The notes below the pieces were generated by a model. The model had not been told where the DNA came from and did not search any database. It saw only the letters and a list, made by a program, of their open reading frames with translations. The position numbers and the translations under genes are program-made. From Podarcis vaucheri (taxonomy: Eukaryota), in NCBI GenBank assembly GCA_965113315.1, contig OZ220368.1: a DNA stretch of 64,000 bases; one strand, written 5' to 3'. Shown here in pieces: positions 10,341 through 22,600 of this stretch (position 1 is the first letter of the stretch; each line of letters begins with the position of its first letter).

Positions 10341-10694
10341 ATGGAGAGCGAGGAGGAGCAGCACATGACCACGCTGCTCTGCATGGGTTTCTCGGACGCG
10401 GCCGCCATCCGCAGGGCCCTCCGCCTGGCCAAGAACGACATCAACGAGGCCGTGGCGCTGCTCACCAACGAGCGGCCCGGCCTGCACTATGAGCCCATGG
10501 ACAGCGGAGGGGGAGGCGGCGGTGGCGGCGGGCAGGGAGGCCCCCAGCAAAGCGGCGGTGGTGGAGTCTCCCGCGGCGGAGGGGACGGCGAAGGCACCGG
10601 CGGAGGAGGAGGAGGAGGCCAAGGTGGAGGCGGCGGCGGCAGCACTACCGGCTTCGACCCGCCCCCTGCCTACCATGAGGTGGTGGAGAACGAG
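10341..10694 (+). CDS. USP24: USP24 coding exon 1 (UBA domain + Gly-rich linker)
   Basis: gccATGG Kozak context; MESEEEQ...YHEVVENE; donor GAG|GTAACG; 354 nt. Confidence 0.96.
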
Positions 10695-13600
10695 GTAACG
10701 GTCTCGGGGCTGAGGATGGGAGCGGGCGAGGCTCGCCTGTGCTTTGCGCCGCCGTTAAGCGGGATCCCAGCCTGACCTTTGGCCCCACCGGCCCGTTGGA
10801 AACGCATCGAAAGGGGGACGGGATCGCCTTAAAATACCGCTTTCGTTTTGAGAGAGAGAGAGAGAGATTGCAAGGATAGGAACCGCGCAGCCCTGAATCC
10901 TCACCTCGATTTCTTCTCAAGGGGCCCCCTCCCCCAGTTTCCACGAGTTAATAGGGACCCCGCCAAGCGCGCCTTGGGGGTCTTGGTGGAGTTGACCCTC
11001 CCCCCCCCAAAAAAAAAGCAGGCGGGTTTTCCTGGGCGTCTTGTGCATGAGCTGTCAGGTGCATAACTCGAGCTTCAAATGCGATCTGCGTTTGGGTTCC
11101 CTGGTTTGTCACCAGAAGAGGAATGTAGCCTGGAGCCTAGGAAAAGGGATTGCTGTGTTATGCCTAGGCTGCAGTGGTGGAGGGTTTGGAAGCTGGTCAC
11201 TTGTGTGTGTGCAGACTCATTCTTTCATTATGAGGGGCCCATACTAATACTTTACATGTCTACTCTGATGTAGGCCATATTGCTTTCAGTTGAGTTTGCT
11301 CCCATGTGTGTATAGTTTTGCAGCTTTTGTTAACCAAGGAGTTCTTTGAGCACCCATTCAATTCTTTATAGCAATTCTGCCCTGATTGTCTTACTTGAAA
11401 GAGTCTGGGTGGCTTACAAGCAACGAAATCGGTAAAATGATCCAAAACCATGAATTAGGTAGGAGGTTTTAAAACTATCGCATCATTAGTGGTTGAGGTA
11501 GAACTGGATTTGATGCTTATCTAAAAGTGATATTGATAGGCCCAGGTGCACTTCTTTTGGGAAGCTGTTCCAAATCTTAGGCACCACATCTGAAAATACT
11601 ATATCTCTGGCACTATCCTGCTATACTTCCGATGGTAGAGAGACCCAGCAAAGAGTCTCATTAAGAAAACAAAGTTCTCAGTTATGTTCATCTGGGAGAA
11701 GGAGATTTTTGAAATATTCTTGTCCCAGATTGCTTAGAGCTATAAAGCTCAATAATTTTGTGCACTATGTCACATAGGTTGTATCACATATGCTGTATGA
11801 GCAGCAAGTCATAACATATTCAAACATAGACAAAAAATAAATAGAGGTATAAAATATGCATTCTGACAAAACCTCATAAAAGCATATTGTGTCAGGAACT
11901 TAAGAGTTATAGTCGGTTAACTTTTACTCAGAGTGGACCCATTGAAATGAATGGCCGTTTAGGTCTGTTAATTCCAGTGGATCTTCACTGAATGCAATAA
12001 TTAATGTTTGGATCGTGTAAGCTGATCCAGACATTCAGTAGCAACTTGCCTGGTGAGCAGTGTGGAGGTTGGGGCTGTCTGGGCACATCCAGTTCTGCCA
12101 GCACACCTGCACAGTCTCTGCCACCTTGCCCCTCTTCCTCTTGGTAGTGATGCGACTCCCCACTGGGTGCGCTGCTTCTGACTATGTTGCAATAGGTAAG
12201 AAAATGAATAGCCTTCCTACAATTGAATGGGTTTGGGGGATAGGAATGAAAGGTAGGCGGCTTCCTCAGCTGCTTCTTGGTGGAGTCACTCTGAGCACTT
12301 CTACCAAGTGCATATTCTCTGCTGCCTACAGGAAAGGTGATGGGGGCTTCCTGGGGAGATACACTACTAAATATTGACCAAGGACAGCATGGACTCCTTT
12401 GACTTCTGTACAAGATAGGAATTCAGAATGCATCTGGGACATCATCCAAGCTGTCAGTGGAGAAGCAGCATGGCAACATTGTAGATCTCTGATACAATCT
12501 TATTCTGATCCATCATACACTGAAAGAACTAACTTATACTCTACTTTTTCTTCCATACTTTCTGCTCATTCCAACCTGCAATGCTTATTAGATAACATTC
12601 AGGTTTGAATTTGTGGTTTGTCTCCAGTAACGTACCAGCACGGTTCACCTGGCACAATGGGATTGTTTCTTCTACCCCCCCCCCCAAACCTCTGAAGCTG
12701 AATTTGGCAGCAGGCAATGGCCTGAAGGGGACAGAAGAGGAAGCTCCATTGCTTGCACGGAAGCCCATTGCACTGGTGAAGCTGCTGTGTTGGGTACAGC
12801 CCTACGTTTCTAGTTGTATTTTGTAACAAGAACAAGTGCCTGAGTTTGTTTTGGCTCCTCCCTCCAAGGCCACTTTCCTTTTGAGTCAAGTAAGATTGTA
12901 AGCTTTAGGTCAACGACTGTCTTATTACTTGCTTTTCTAAGTAGCAGCCCTCCCTTTTTTGGCTGAGGAGTGAGATAAAAATCCTTCAAACAAACAAATA
13001 CTACTTACATTCCTTATAATATTCCCACCCCAAGACTCCAGAAGTGATGTTTTTGTATGAAGCATTTTAACAGATAAATAAAAAGTTTTCAAATTTGAAA
13101 AGCTGGTTTTTGTTGTGAAGAAAGAAACAGATGCCTGGGGTATAGAGCTTGGACCTGTCTGCTATAGAGCTGAGAACTTGGGCTGGGAGGTCTTTTGGCA
13201 GGCTTGGCTGTGTACGAACTCCTTCCTTTCCTTGCTCCCAGTTCTCCTAAATTACATGCTGACAACTGAATCATGACTGAAAAGGTAAATAAACATAGGA
13301 ATCCATGAGCATATTCTTGTAGTAAGTTGGGAATTTTAATTATGTTGGGAACCAGGACAGAAGTCTTGTTTTGATTCTTAAGCATTTACTATTCTTCGCA
13401 GTTGTCATTACTGTAGTGCCACATCAGTGATTAGTGCCGCATAACCACCAAATATTTACCTACTCAGTTTTTGGTGTGCCATGTAAGAGCCAAACTATCA
13501 ATCTATTTATTTATTTCACAATGTTTATATACTGCTTGAGTGTAATGAAACTTCAAAGCAGTTTACAAAAAACACACACACAAAAACCACCTACGTAGGA

Positions 13601-16600
13601 CATTTGTGACTGGATTAGCCAACATTTTGATTCTTTCTTTAAAAGCTGTCACAGGAATCACACAATTAGATCTGATCAGTAGTGCTGAGGAAAAGAAGAG
13701 ACTTTCTCTCCTGTGTCCATTTCTGTTCTGTTTGACTCTCTTGGGAAAATACAGATATCTAAATATTTGGTCCTAACAGAGATAAGCTGCCTTTACAGTT
13801 TCCTGTACCTGGTTTTGTTCAGCAGCTATGCAGTGCCAGTACTAATAATCTAAAATAACACATTGGCCAAAAAAATAACGGGACTATTCTTTTTCGCAAA
13901 GAGTCCACTACTTGTACTTCTGCACTGTACACCTGTTCATCACAGATGACTTGCTATAACAGGCATATTCAGAGTACCCTTCCCATCCATCCCATCTTGG
14001 GTGATGGAAGACTTGAGAGTAGCAGAACACTTCACCGTAACGTGTGTTCCACTATAATCATGTTCTTTATTTTTGTGTGTGTTCACACATGTACAGTTGC
14101 TGTGGCAAACTATGCTTATGCATAGCTTCATATATTTAAGAGCATTGCATCATTCACTAAACATTCTGAATCATTTTATGAATGCTTAATCCTTGTCAAT
14201 AAACTAATAATTTAAGATATCATGTGTTTAGAGTGCAGAAGTGATATTTTTTATCCATGAGACAGAAAGTTGCTATCTTAATTTTAAGATGAAGGGACTT
14301 GAGTATTTTAACCAGAGTTGGGCGAGCTTCTCTTCTCCCACTCCTGTGGCTTACATTGCCCTAAAGGTTAGAGCTAGGGAGCTGCTTCAGAGGACTACTC
14401 TTAGGGTAACTGGGATGGGCAGGTGACAGAAGCTTACCATACAGGTGGCTCTGGGAACAAGAGGGTCTCTTTATGGGAGTAACTGTCGTAGGGCAGTCTT
14501 TCAGGGCAAGTTGTAAAATGGAAAGTCCTTTCTGGCTTGATTTTTAATCTGGGCTGGGGAAGAGTTTGGGAGCTTCTAATGGCCACCTCTCCTTCCAGTT
14601 ATAGTGCGATGTACTGCTAGAATTTAGTTGTCTGTGTTCATGTTGCATAGCTTAGTACTACATCCTGAAGTGCAACAAGTTAACTTACAAAGTTTGAACA
14701 GCTATTGTATAGAATAAATATATACCCCACAGATTCAGATGTTATATTTTCAAAAACAGGTATATTCAGTTATGTGGTACCTTCTCTGAAGGTAAAGGTC
14801 TGACCACAGAGTATCAAATTTCAGAGCTCCAACTCATTGGGAAACACCAAAACAATTTTCATATTCCTATCAGGCCAAGCACCTGATACATAGTGGTCTG
14901 ACACATGTTTGCCAAGTGCAAATTTTTACTTGTGCACAGCTCTTAAGAGTGTTTGTTTTTTATGGTTTGGCTTTTACCTAGTTGCTCCTCTGTTTTCCTG
15001 TATTTTATTACTCAGATTTCTTAACTTGCCCTTCAAGTTGCAACAGTTTAAAAATACAGTATTAAAAACAGTTGAAGCAGATTACAATCAAGAATAGGAT
15101 GAGTTCTAGTTGTATATATATTAATGGTTTTGTCTTTTGGTTATAAATCAAGTGGGGGAGCTGAAGCCTGAAAAATAGTGTAAAAGCTTAAGAATACAGT
15201 ACTTTCTTCACATTCTCCATAGATATGTTCATTATCACTTTTGTGCCAACTTCATAGCTTTCTGAAATTACGGGTTGCAGTTAAGTCAAGTGATAGCATT
15301 GATTTCATTGTTTAACTTTGTCATGCCTGTGTTCTGTTGATTTTTAAAGGAGAAGTTCTTAAAATCTTAGATATGGAAGGACTGTGCCACCAGCATGTTA
15401 ACCCTTTTGTGTAAATTATAAAATACGGCCATATGCATTTTGTGTATAACACGTTTCAGGATTAAAGCATTTTTCTATGTGGTATTCTTGGGTTCCTGTT
15501 TCTGCAAAACTGGAATCTCAATATGCTTTCAGTACTTTTATTTCTTGAATAAAAAATATTTATGGACATTGTCTTTTTAACCTTCTCCGCAGCTGTTATA
15601 GTCTTTAGTATATTTCTTACTGTTAACTTCCACCTTTAAAGGGTTCCCAAATCCCATGTGAAATATTTTTCTGTTTACTGAAGCAACCTCCAGGCGAAGA
15701 TTAACACTTGATGTGATCTAAATGTTTATCATTGGTGGAAGTGGGAGGCCATTTATGCATGGAACAAACAGCAGCTCAGCTGGGCAGGAAGTGTCTTTCA
15801 GATAATGTTCAGTAAAGACATTTTCTGGTCATCTTCCCAGTCAGAAGTTCTATTCAATGACAGCTGCTTAATAAGGAAGTGAAATGCTGAAGGAAAATGA
15901 GGCCAGTGTTAGAAGTTAATTCTACCAAACACATTTTGAGTGTTTCGGGATAAGAACAGGAGTCTCTTATAAGAAAAGGCCTGGGAGGATCCTAATCTTT
16001 TATAGGTTTTATTTGAAAACAACTTACTTATACAAAAAAGTTTGTCTGGGATAGCGGAGGCAGAGGTCTGACAGTTTATAACAGATCCTGATTTGGTGTC
16101 AACTCTTTTTCACCTGTTTTTTGCATGTATTGTTTGCTTTCCTTTGCTTAATATCAAAAACTGTCTAGATGAACTTTTCAAATTCAGTGTTAACTGACAA
16201 ATATAAAAGGGAGCTATAAAATTGTAACTAAGTAGATCTATACGCTCTGAGTTATTGTATGAATCATTCGATGCACCTATGTTTCAAATCATTTTTCCTA
16301 TGGCTGTCAAGTATGGAATAAAATGTCCTGTCTATGGCAGCATCCTGATCTGGATGCTAGCACCTGACAGAAGGACAGGGGGAGGCATTCCTATTACCAT
16401 GCCATGGAAAATTATCCTTGTTTCACTATGAATGTATTTAGCTGGTATTATGAGATTTAAATTCTGAATGTGTTATCTTTGTGAATGTACAATCCTGGGC
16501 ACCCCAAAGGAAAAGACAGTGGTGATTAGCACTTTTCCCTTGGGAATGGGAAAAAGAAGTAATGCTAGAGAGAGCTGCTAAAGTACCCATAACTTATATA

Positions 16601-19600
16601 ATCCTGCAGCAATATAGATGAACTAAAAGAAATAGGCAACTTGTGGTTTAATGTTTGATGAAAACTGTGCTGTAGAAAATGAATCGCACTGTTGTGTTTT
16701 CCTAGGCTTCCATTAAAGAGCTATACCTGCATTTGCATTAAGAAATGCAGGCAACAATAATTCATTCTATAGAGGAAAGCATAACTTGCAGGGATGACTT
16801 GCAGGGATACATCCAAATATCCCTCAAATTTCACACTTCGTTTGTGCAGAATCAGAATACAGTGGTACCTCTGGTTACGAACCTAATTAATTCCGGAGGT
16901 CCTTTCTGAAACCGTTCTCAACATGAGGCACCACTTTAGCTAATGGGGCCTCCCACTGCCGCCACACCGCCAGCGCGCGATTTCTGTTCTCATCCTGGGG
17001 CAAAGTTCTTAACCCGAGGTACTACTTCCGGGTTAGCCGAGTCTGTAACCCAAAGTGTTTGTAACACGAGGTACCACTGTATCACTTGCATGTACATGCT
17101 TGCCACTTTGCTGACTAGATAACGTACTTACATGATTTTCTTCTAGGATAGTGAGATGTTATTTTGCAGTTGCTGTAGTCGTCCACACACTGGCTACTTC
17201 CAGGCTAGGCTGCTGTAATGCTTTTTATGAAGGGCTACATTTGAAGGCAGCTCAGACGTTTCAATTGGTAGAGAATCCAGCCACCAGGTTGCTTGGAGAG
17301 CAAAGAAGTCTGTGTGTATATAACACTCATTCTGCTTCAGTTACTTTCGTTGCCAGTTTCTTCTAAGCTCAATTCAAACTGCTGCTGAGTTTAACATTTA
17401 AGGCCTTTAATTGTTTTGGAATAGGTTGTTTGAAGGACTGCCCATGCTCTTATGAGTGAACTCTAGGTGCAAGATAATCCTTGGGGGACTCTGTTGTCTG
17501 GCCTACTATAAAGAACAATCAAGTTTGCAGATACCGGGGACGGGGCTTTTGGGGATGAGACGGGACACCACATCTCTGAAAATCTTTCCCCCAAGAAATG
17601 TGTTTGAACCCTCCACTTGAGTATTTTATGTGGGCCCTGAAAAGTTTATTTTGTTCTGTCAGGCTTTCTGTGATCCTGTTGCTGGGTTTTTGTGCTATTT
17701 TTTCAGTAATTATGATGTAGTTTTATTGTGCTAAAAAACCCGCACCTTGGGAGGGCACACCTTGAAGGTGACTTATAAATGATTCAGATAAATAAATGAT
17801 GTGTAGTTTAGTGCTGTGTGATTCTGCTGTCGTGTAGCATTGTTTGGTATGCTAGTTTTGCAAATAATGTGGTGATGCCTTGCACAGCCTCACAGTAGCT
17901 CAGTGTTGACTGAATAACATATCTGATGTTGTTTCTGGCTCTCATTGCCATGATGGATAGTGTGGAGACTGCTGCTCTGCTCTTAGCAGCAACCTCTGAC
18001 CCTGTACTTCTCCTACTTGCTCTACAGTCTAACCTCAGGAGGCTCTTCTGCAAAACCTCAGAGGTTTATGCACTGTGCCGGAGGTCGTGGGTAGTGGCTC
18101 TGTCAAAGATTGGCTGTATCTTGTTTTAGCCTAGTTGAGTAGATGGAGCTCGGGACATAAATGGGGATATATGAAGGGATTGGAATCTGTGTTGAAACTG
18201 CGTTAGGGCAAGTCCACGATTGAGCACTTCTGAGCTTGTGCAGTCTTTTTTCCTCTTGAAGGGAATATCCCTTTGCAAATATTAAGTGTTCTCTTTGTTA
18301 TCATCAGGATGCCACTATCACCACACTAAAAAAAGCATTCCTCCCTACATGTATTCCATAACCCACAGTATATGTATTGCATCGCTTAGCCCAATAATAG
18401 CATTTCATGAAATGAAATTTCTAGCCTTTACTCAATTGAAATGATTGTCTTTATTTTGCCTCTTCTCCTGTGCACGTCATTGAGCTTGGCCAAGGGGCAG
18501 ACAACTGCTAGGGAATTTCCTAAAGGGTCTACAAAAACATCAGAATATATGAACCTATGGATGGCATTATGGTTCAAGAACATCACTCCCCCTCTCTATA
18601 TATAGTGTAGGACCTCTATAGTCTAGGAGGGGTTCAGGGGGTGTCATTTTTATAGAATTTCCCTTCATAGTCAAAGATCCCCCTGTGTTTTAGGTTAATT
18701 GATAGAGGCATTGCCATACCACAAGCCCAGGTGCTCTCACGGAAACCCAGATGAAAGCTTGATCAATATGAGCAAGCATCACTTGATCTCTATGGGAATC
18801 AGTTGAACCACCATACTTAGGATGCATAATTGTGTATTTGCAAGTGCATGTTCTGAGAGTATAAATGTTGAGAGATTATGTAGCATGTGGTATCACAAGA
18901 TAAAGATATCTAAGAGTTTTCCTTGCTTTTCTAGCTGTTATCTTGAATAAAAGGGCTATTTTCATGTGATGCACTTTGGGGCGGGGAATCCTAAATGGTG
19001 ACTGGTCAGAAACACAATTTTGAGGTTTTGACGGATAGCACAATGAAAATTTGACCCTGTGTGTGGATATTGTAATGCTGAAAAGGGTTCAATAAGAGGA
19101 GGGGTGTGAGGGAAGGTTCAAACATTTGCTTAGAAAAAAATGTGAAGAAGGGGAACATGATAGAGATGCATTCATGCTGCAGGGTTTTTCTCAGAATATC
19201 AGAGCCCATGGCTGTCCAATGAAGCTGGGTAACAGAAAATTCAAGACGGACAAAGGGAAGTACCATATTTCTTTACGTAGCACACTGTTAAACTAGCGAT
19301 GGCCACTTATGAACTGCTCCTGAATTTCCCATAGACCTCTAGCTGACCACTGTGAGAAAATGCAGCAGGACTCTTCTTACATTCTTACTGCAATGCTCAC
19401 CATTCTCAAATGCTGTTCTATAACCACAATGTTGTTTTCTATATTTCAATCCATTGAAAAGATAGTATTTAATGTCCGTGCTTTCAGTTTGTTGTTGCTT
19501 TCCTAGATAATAGTTTCCTGTTCCACAGCACTTAATGTTCATTCTCAGATAGGAAGCATTATTTTATGAATGTGCAGTTGTTTTTAATACAGAGAGCGTG

Positions 19601-22600
19601 CTTGTTAGACCAGGAAATGAAAGCAATAAATGAGACAGTGGAGTGGTACTGGAAAAACAACCTGTGACTACTAGTTCACAAGTTTTGAACCTTGTCCAAG
19701 TACATACAATGATCGAAAATAGCCTGCTCACTGACTAGCCAGTGTGCAGTGAGTCATGGTTTTGGTCTTTTTGTGGTAGCTATGTGTGTCCATGAGAGTT
19801 TTATTGTTAGGTCCATGCTTGGCATCAATTTGCATCCTGTTGGCACTTTTAAAAAAGGTTAAATCTCAAGCTGAACAATGGTCAGCGCTTACAACCCAAT
19901 CTTGTACATGGTGAAGGATTTCATAGGCTCCACTGCTCTGATCAGCATTGAATGCCTTTAGACCTAGGGTGTTCAAACTATTTGTTCGCAATAATAATAA
20001 AAAAGTTAAAGCCTCTCTTCATTAATTGTAACAAATGATTTGAATTGTTAGGCCTGCTAGATGGAAGTAGGTAAATTTAAGTGGTGTTTGGGGAATGGGG
20101 AGAGCGCAGGGATTTATAAAATGAAATGTGGGTTATGTGCTTTCTGTTTGTAGAAATGGCTCCATAGGAAATGAAACTGATGAGAAAGTGGCATAAATGA
20201 CCTTATTTGCTTTACTATAAATAAGTTGAATAAATGTGCTGTCCACATGGGCTACATTAGTTGGGGTGGGTCAGATACCATCTTGCTCTTTGTTTGCTTT
20301 TATTTCCCCTTATGGGAATCCACCTTAGCCTTGTAGATCTGTACCTATGGATTTCAGAATCTTTTGCTGAAAATGTGAAAAATAATTAGAGAGTAACTAT
20401 AGTAGAATGGTTTATAAACTAGATAAGGCACTCCTACGGTAACCTAAAGAAAAAATAGATGCCTGTAAAGATTCTAAACCAAACTTTGTTTTGAGATTAG
20501 TGATGATTTGGTTATTTAGATATAAAGGAGAAGATAAGTTCAAGGCCAAATAGATCAATATTGATTTGTTTGATATGATTGTCATATCCCTATGTAGATG
20601 CAGATGAGATAGCTGTAAGCCTTTCAGCGTGGAAAAAGCTCTTCACAAAGTTGTATTTCTAGCTGCTCTTCAGCATGGTCATGCTTTTCTTTCTTACCTC
20701 AGAAGTGGTGCACTCACTTCTTGTATGCATTATGATCTTGGACAGGTGAGTAGTCCAGTAAAGGCAGAAAAGAGAGGCACAGTCAGTTTACACATCCACT
20801 GTAATGCAGAACTATGGTAGCTGTATATTCCACATCACCTCCTGCCATAAAGCAGAGGTTGGTACCAAGGTAAAACTATTAGTGATTGCTCATTATAATG
20901 GCTGTATAGTTATCGTCTCCTGTATGATTGGCAGTATGCCTCTGAATACCAGTTGCTTTGGGTCATAAACCTGAAAATGCTATTGTGCTCATGTTCTGCT
21001 TGGGGGTTTCCATAGATGGGTCACTGTAGGGACAGAATGTCGGCATAGATTGACTTGCGCTCTTATATGATTAGAAGAAGCTGCATTTTTGTTGCATAGT
21101 GGGGAAGCAGAACCTGACTAGAGTGCTGGCTTGTGGGTCTGGTATGATCAGATCTGTGGATGGGCAATTAATACTTCATTGTTAGCATGTTGGATCAATT
21201 ATGTGATTATCAGAAGTTGTATTCTATATCTTTTAAATAATTTGGTGATTTCTTTTTGGTTTGAAAATGATTGGAAGAATGTCCTTCAATCCTTTCCAGA
21301 CTTTTGATTCAGTAATCTAGGAAAACTTTTAAGTCAATGATGGTAGTCCATCTGTCTCACCACTGTGCATATATATGTCACAGTGCTAGATTCTGCATTA
21401 ATCCTCCCTACTTTTTCTGGCACATCTTTATTTTTCTGCTGGGTGCAGAAATGGTGGGAAAAGAGGACAGCAAATAGGCTTTGTTTTCTGAGTTAAGAAG
21501 TAGAATTTCTGTTGCACAGGAGTTGCTTTGTAGTTGGAATGTCAGGTTTTCTGGTATGGGTCTGCTACAATCCCTTTTTATAACAGCCAGTAACTAGAAC
21601 AACTAACTGTGGCTTCTTCATAGAGCTAATTGTGGCTTCTTTTCAACAGAAAAATGACGAAAATGGGAACTGCTCTGGAGAAGGTATCGAGTTTCCTACA
21701 ACAAATCTTTATGAACTGGAGAGCAGAGTATTAACAGATCATTGGTCCATTCCATATAAGCGGGAAGAATCTCTTGGCAAGTGCTTAATTGCATCCACTT
21801 ATCTTGCAAGGCTGGGTAAGTTGCAACCTTTTTTAAAAAAAGTAGCATCATAGAAATGTTGACTTTTATGTTAATAATGATGACTTGACAGTAAAAACTT
21901 GTCCACTCAAATAGCTTTTGACTTCACCTTTTTCCACGTTGCATGTTGGTAACAGGTGTTTAATTAACAAAATCTTTTCTTGTTGGAAGTAGTATGACTC
22001 TCTTGGCTTCAGTATAGTGCTGTGCATTTTTAAGTTGATGCTTTCACCTTTTAATCGAATGTTTCAGAATCACTTTTGAATTATAGGTGATCTTTAGAAC
22101 ATGTGAAGAGAGGCACAGATATATCCCTTCTTAAATATTATTTTGTTTGGTGGTTAACAAACTGTTGAATAGGCTGGTATGCTCAAATATTGGGGTGAAA
22201 ATGAAATTTTATTTTCTAAACCTGCTTAAAGATATTGCCAAGAGCAGGGCTCTTCAGGCAATTATAGAAAATTAACTGTTGTTTTGTTGCAGCAAGAACA
22301 AATGAGCTGCTAATTTAAAAAGGCTAGTAGTAATGCTTTTTTTATATGGAAATGCTTGTAGTATAATTGCAGTATAATTACATGGCGGAAACACTAGTCT
22401 GCAACATTTCAGTGGAACTTTTGCACACTTGAAAGAATGTATACATGTAATGCTAAAGGTGATTATTTGGTATTAGTTAAGTTGCGGTGGGGGTGTGGAA
22501 AGAGATTGGTCTTTTCTCATTATGAAAAAATCACAAAGTCTTCCGAAAACCAATTTCTCAAACTGTGGAATACCCAGCAATTAAAAAAGGTAAAGGACCC

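Larger units (their letters stand above)
9925..10840. promoter_or_regulatory. CpG-island, TATA-less promoter and first exon of USP24
   Basis: Very high GC and CpG density against an AT-rich, CpG-poor background. TGACGT near 10008, E-box CACGTG 10084-10089, ETS CTTCCGG 10150-10156, YY1-like AACATGGCGGC 10242-10252. Confidence 0.88.

Noticed and set aside
9910-10944. Several long overlapping ORFs on both strands (e.g. 10128-10676 minus, 9913-10368 plus)
   Set aside because: Expected from stop-codon scarcity in a GC-rich island; low-complexity Ala/Arg/Gly peptides with no recognisable domain
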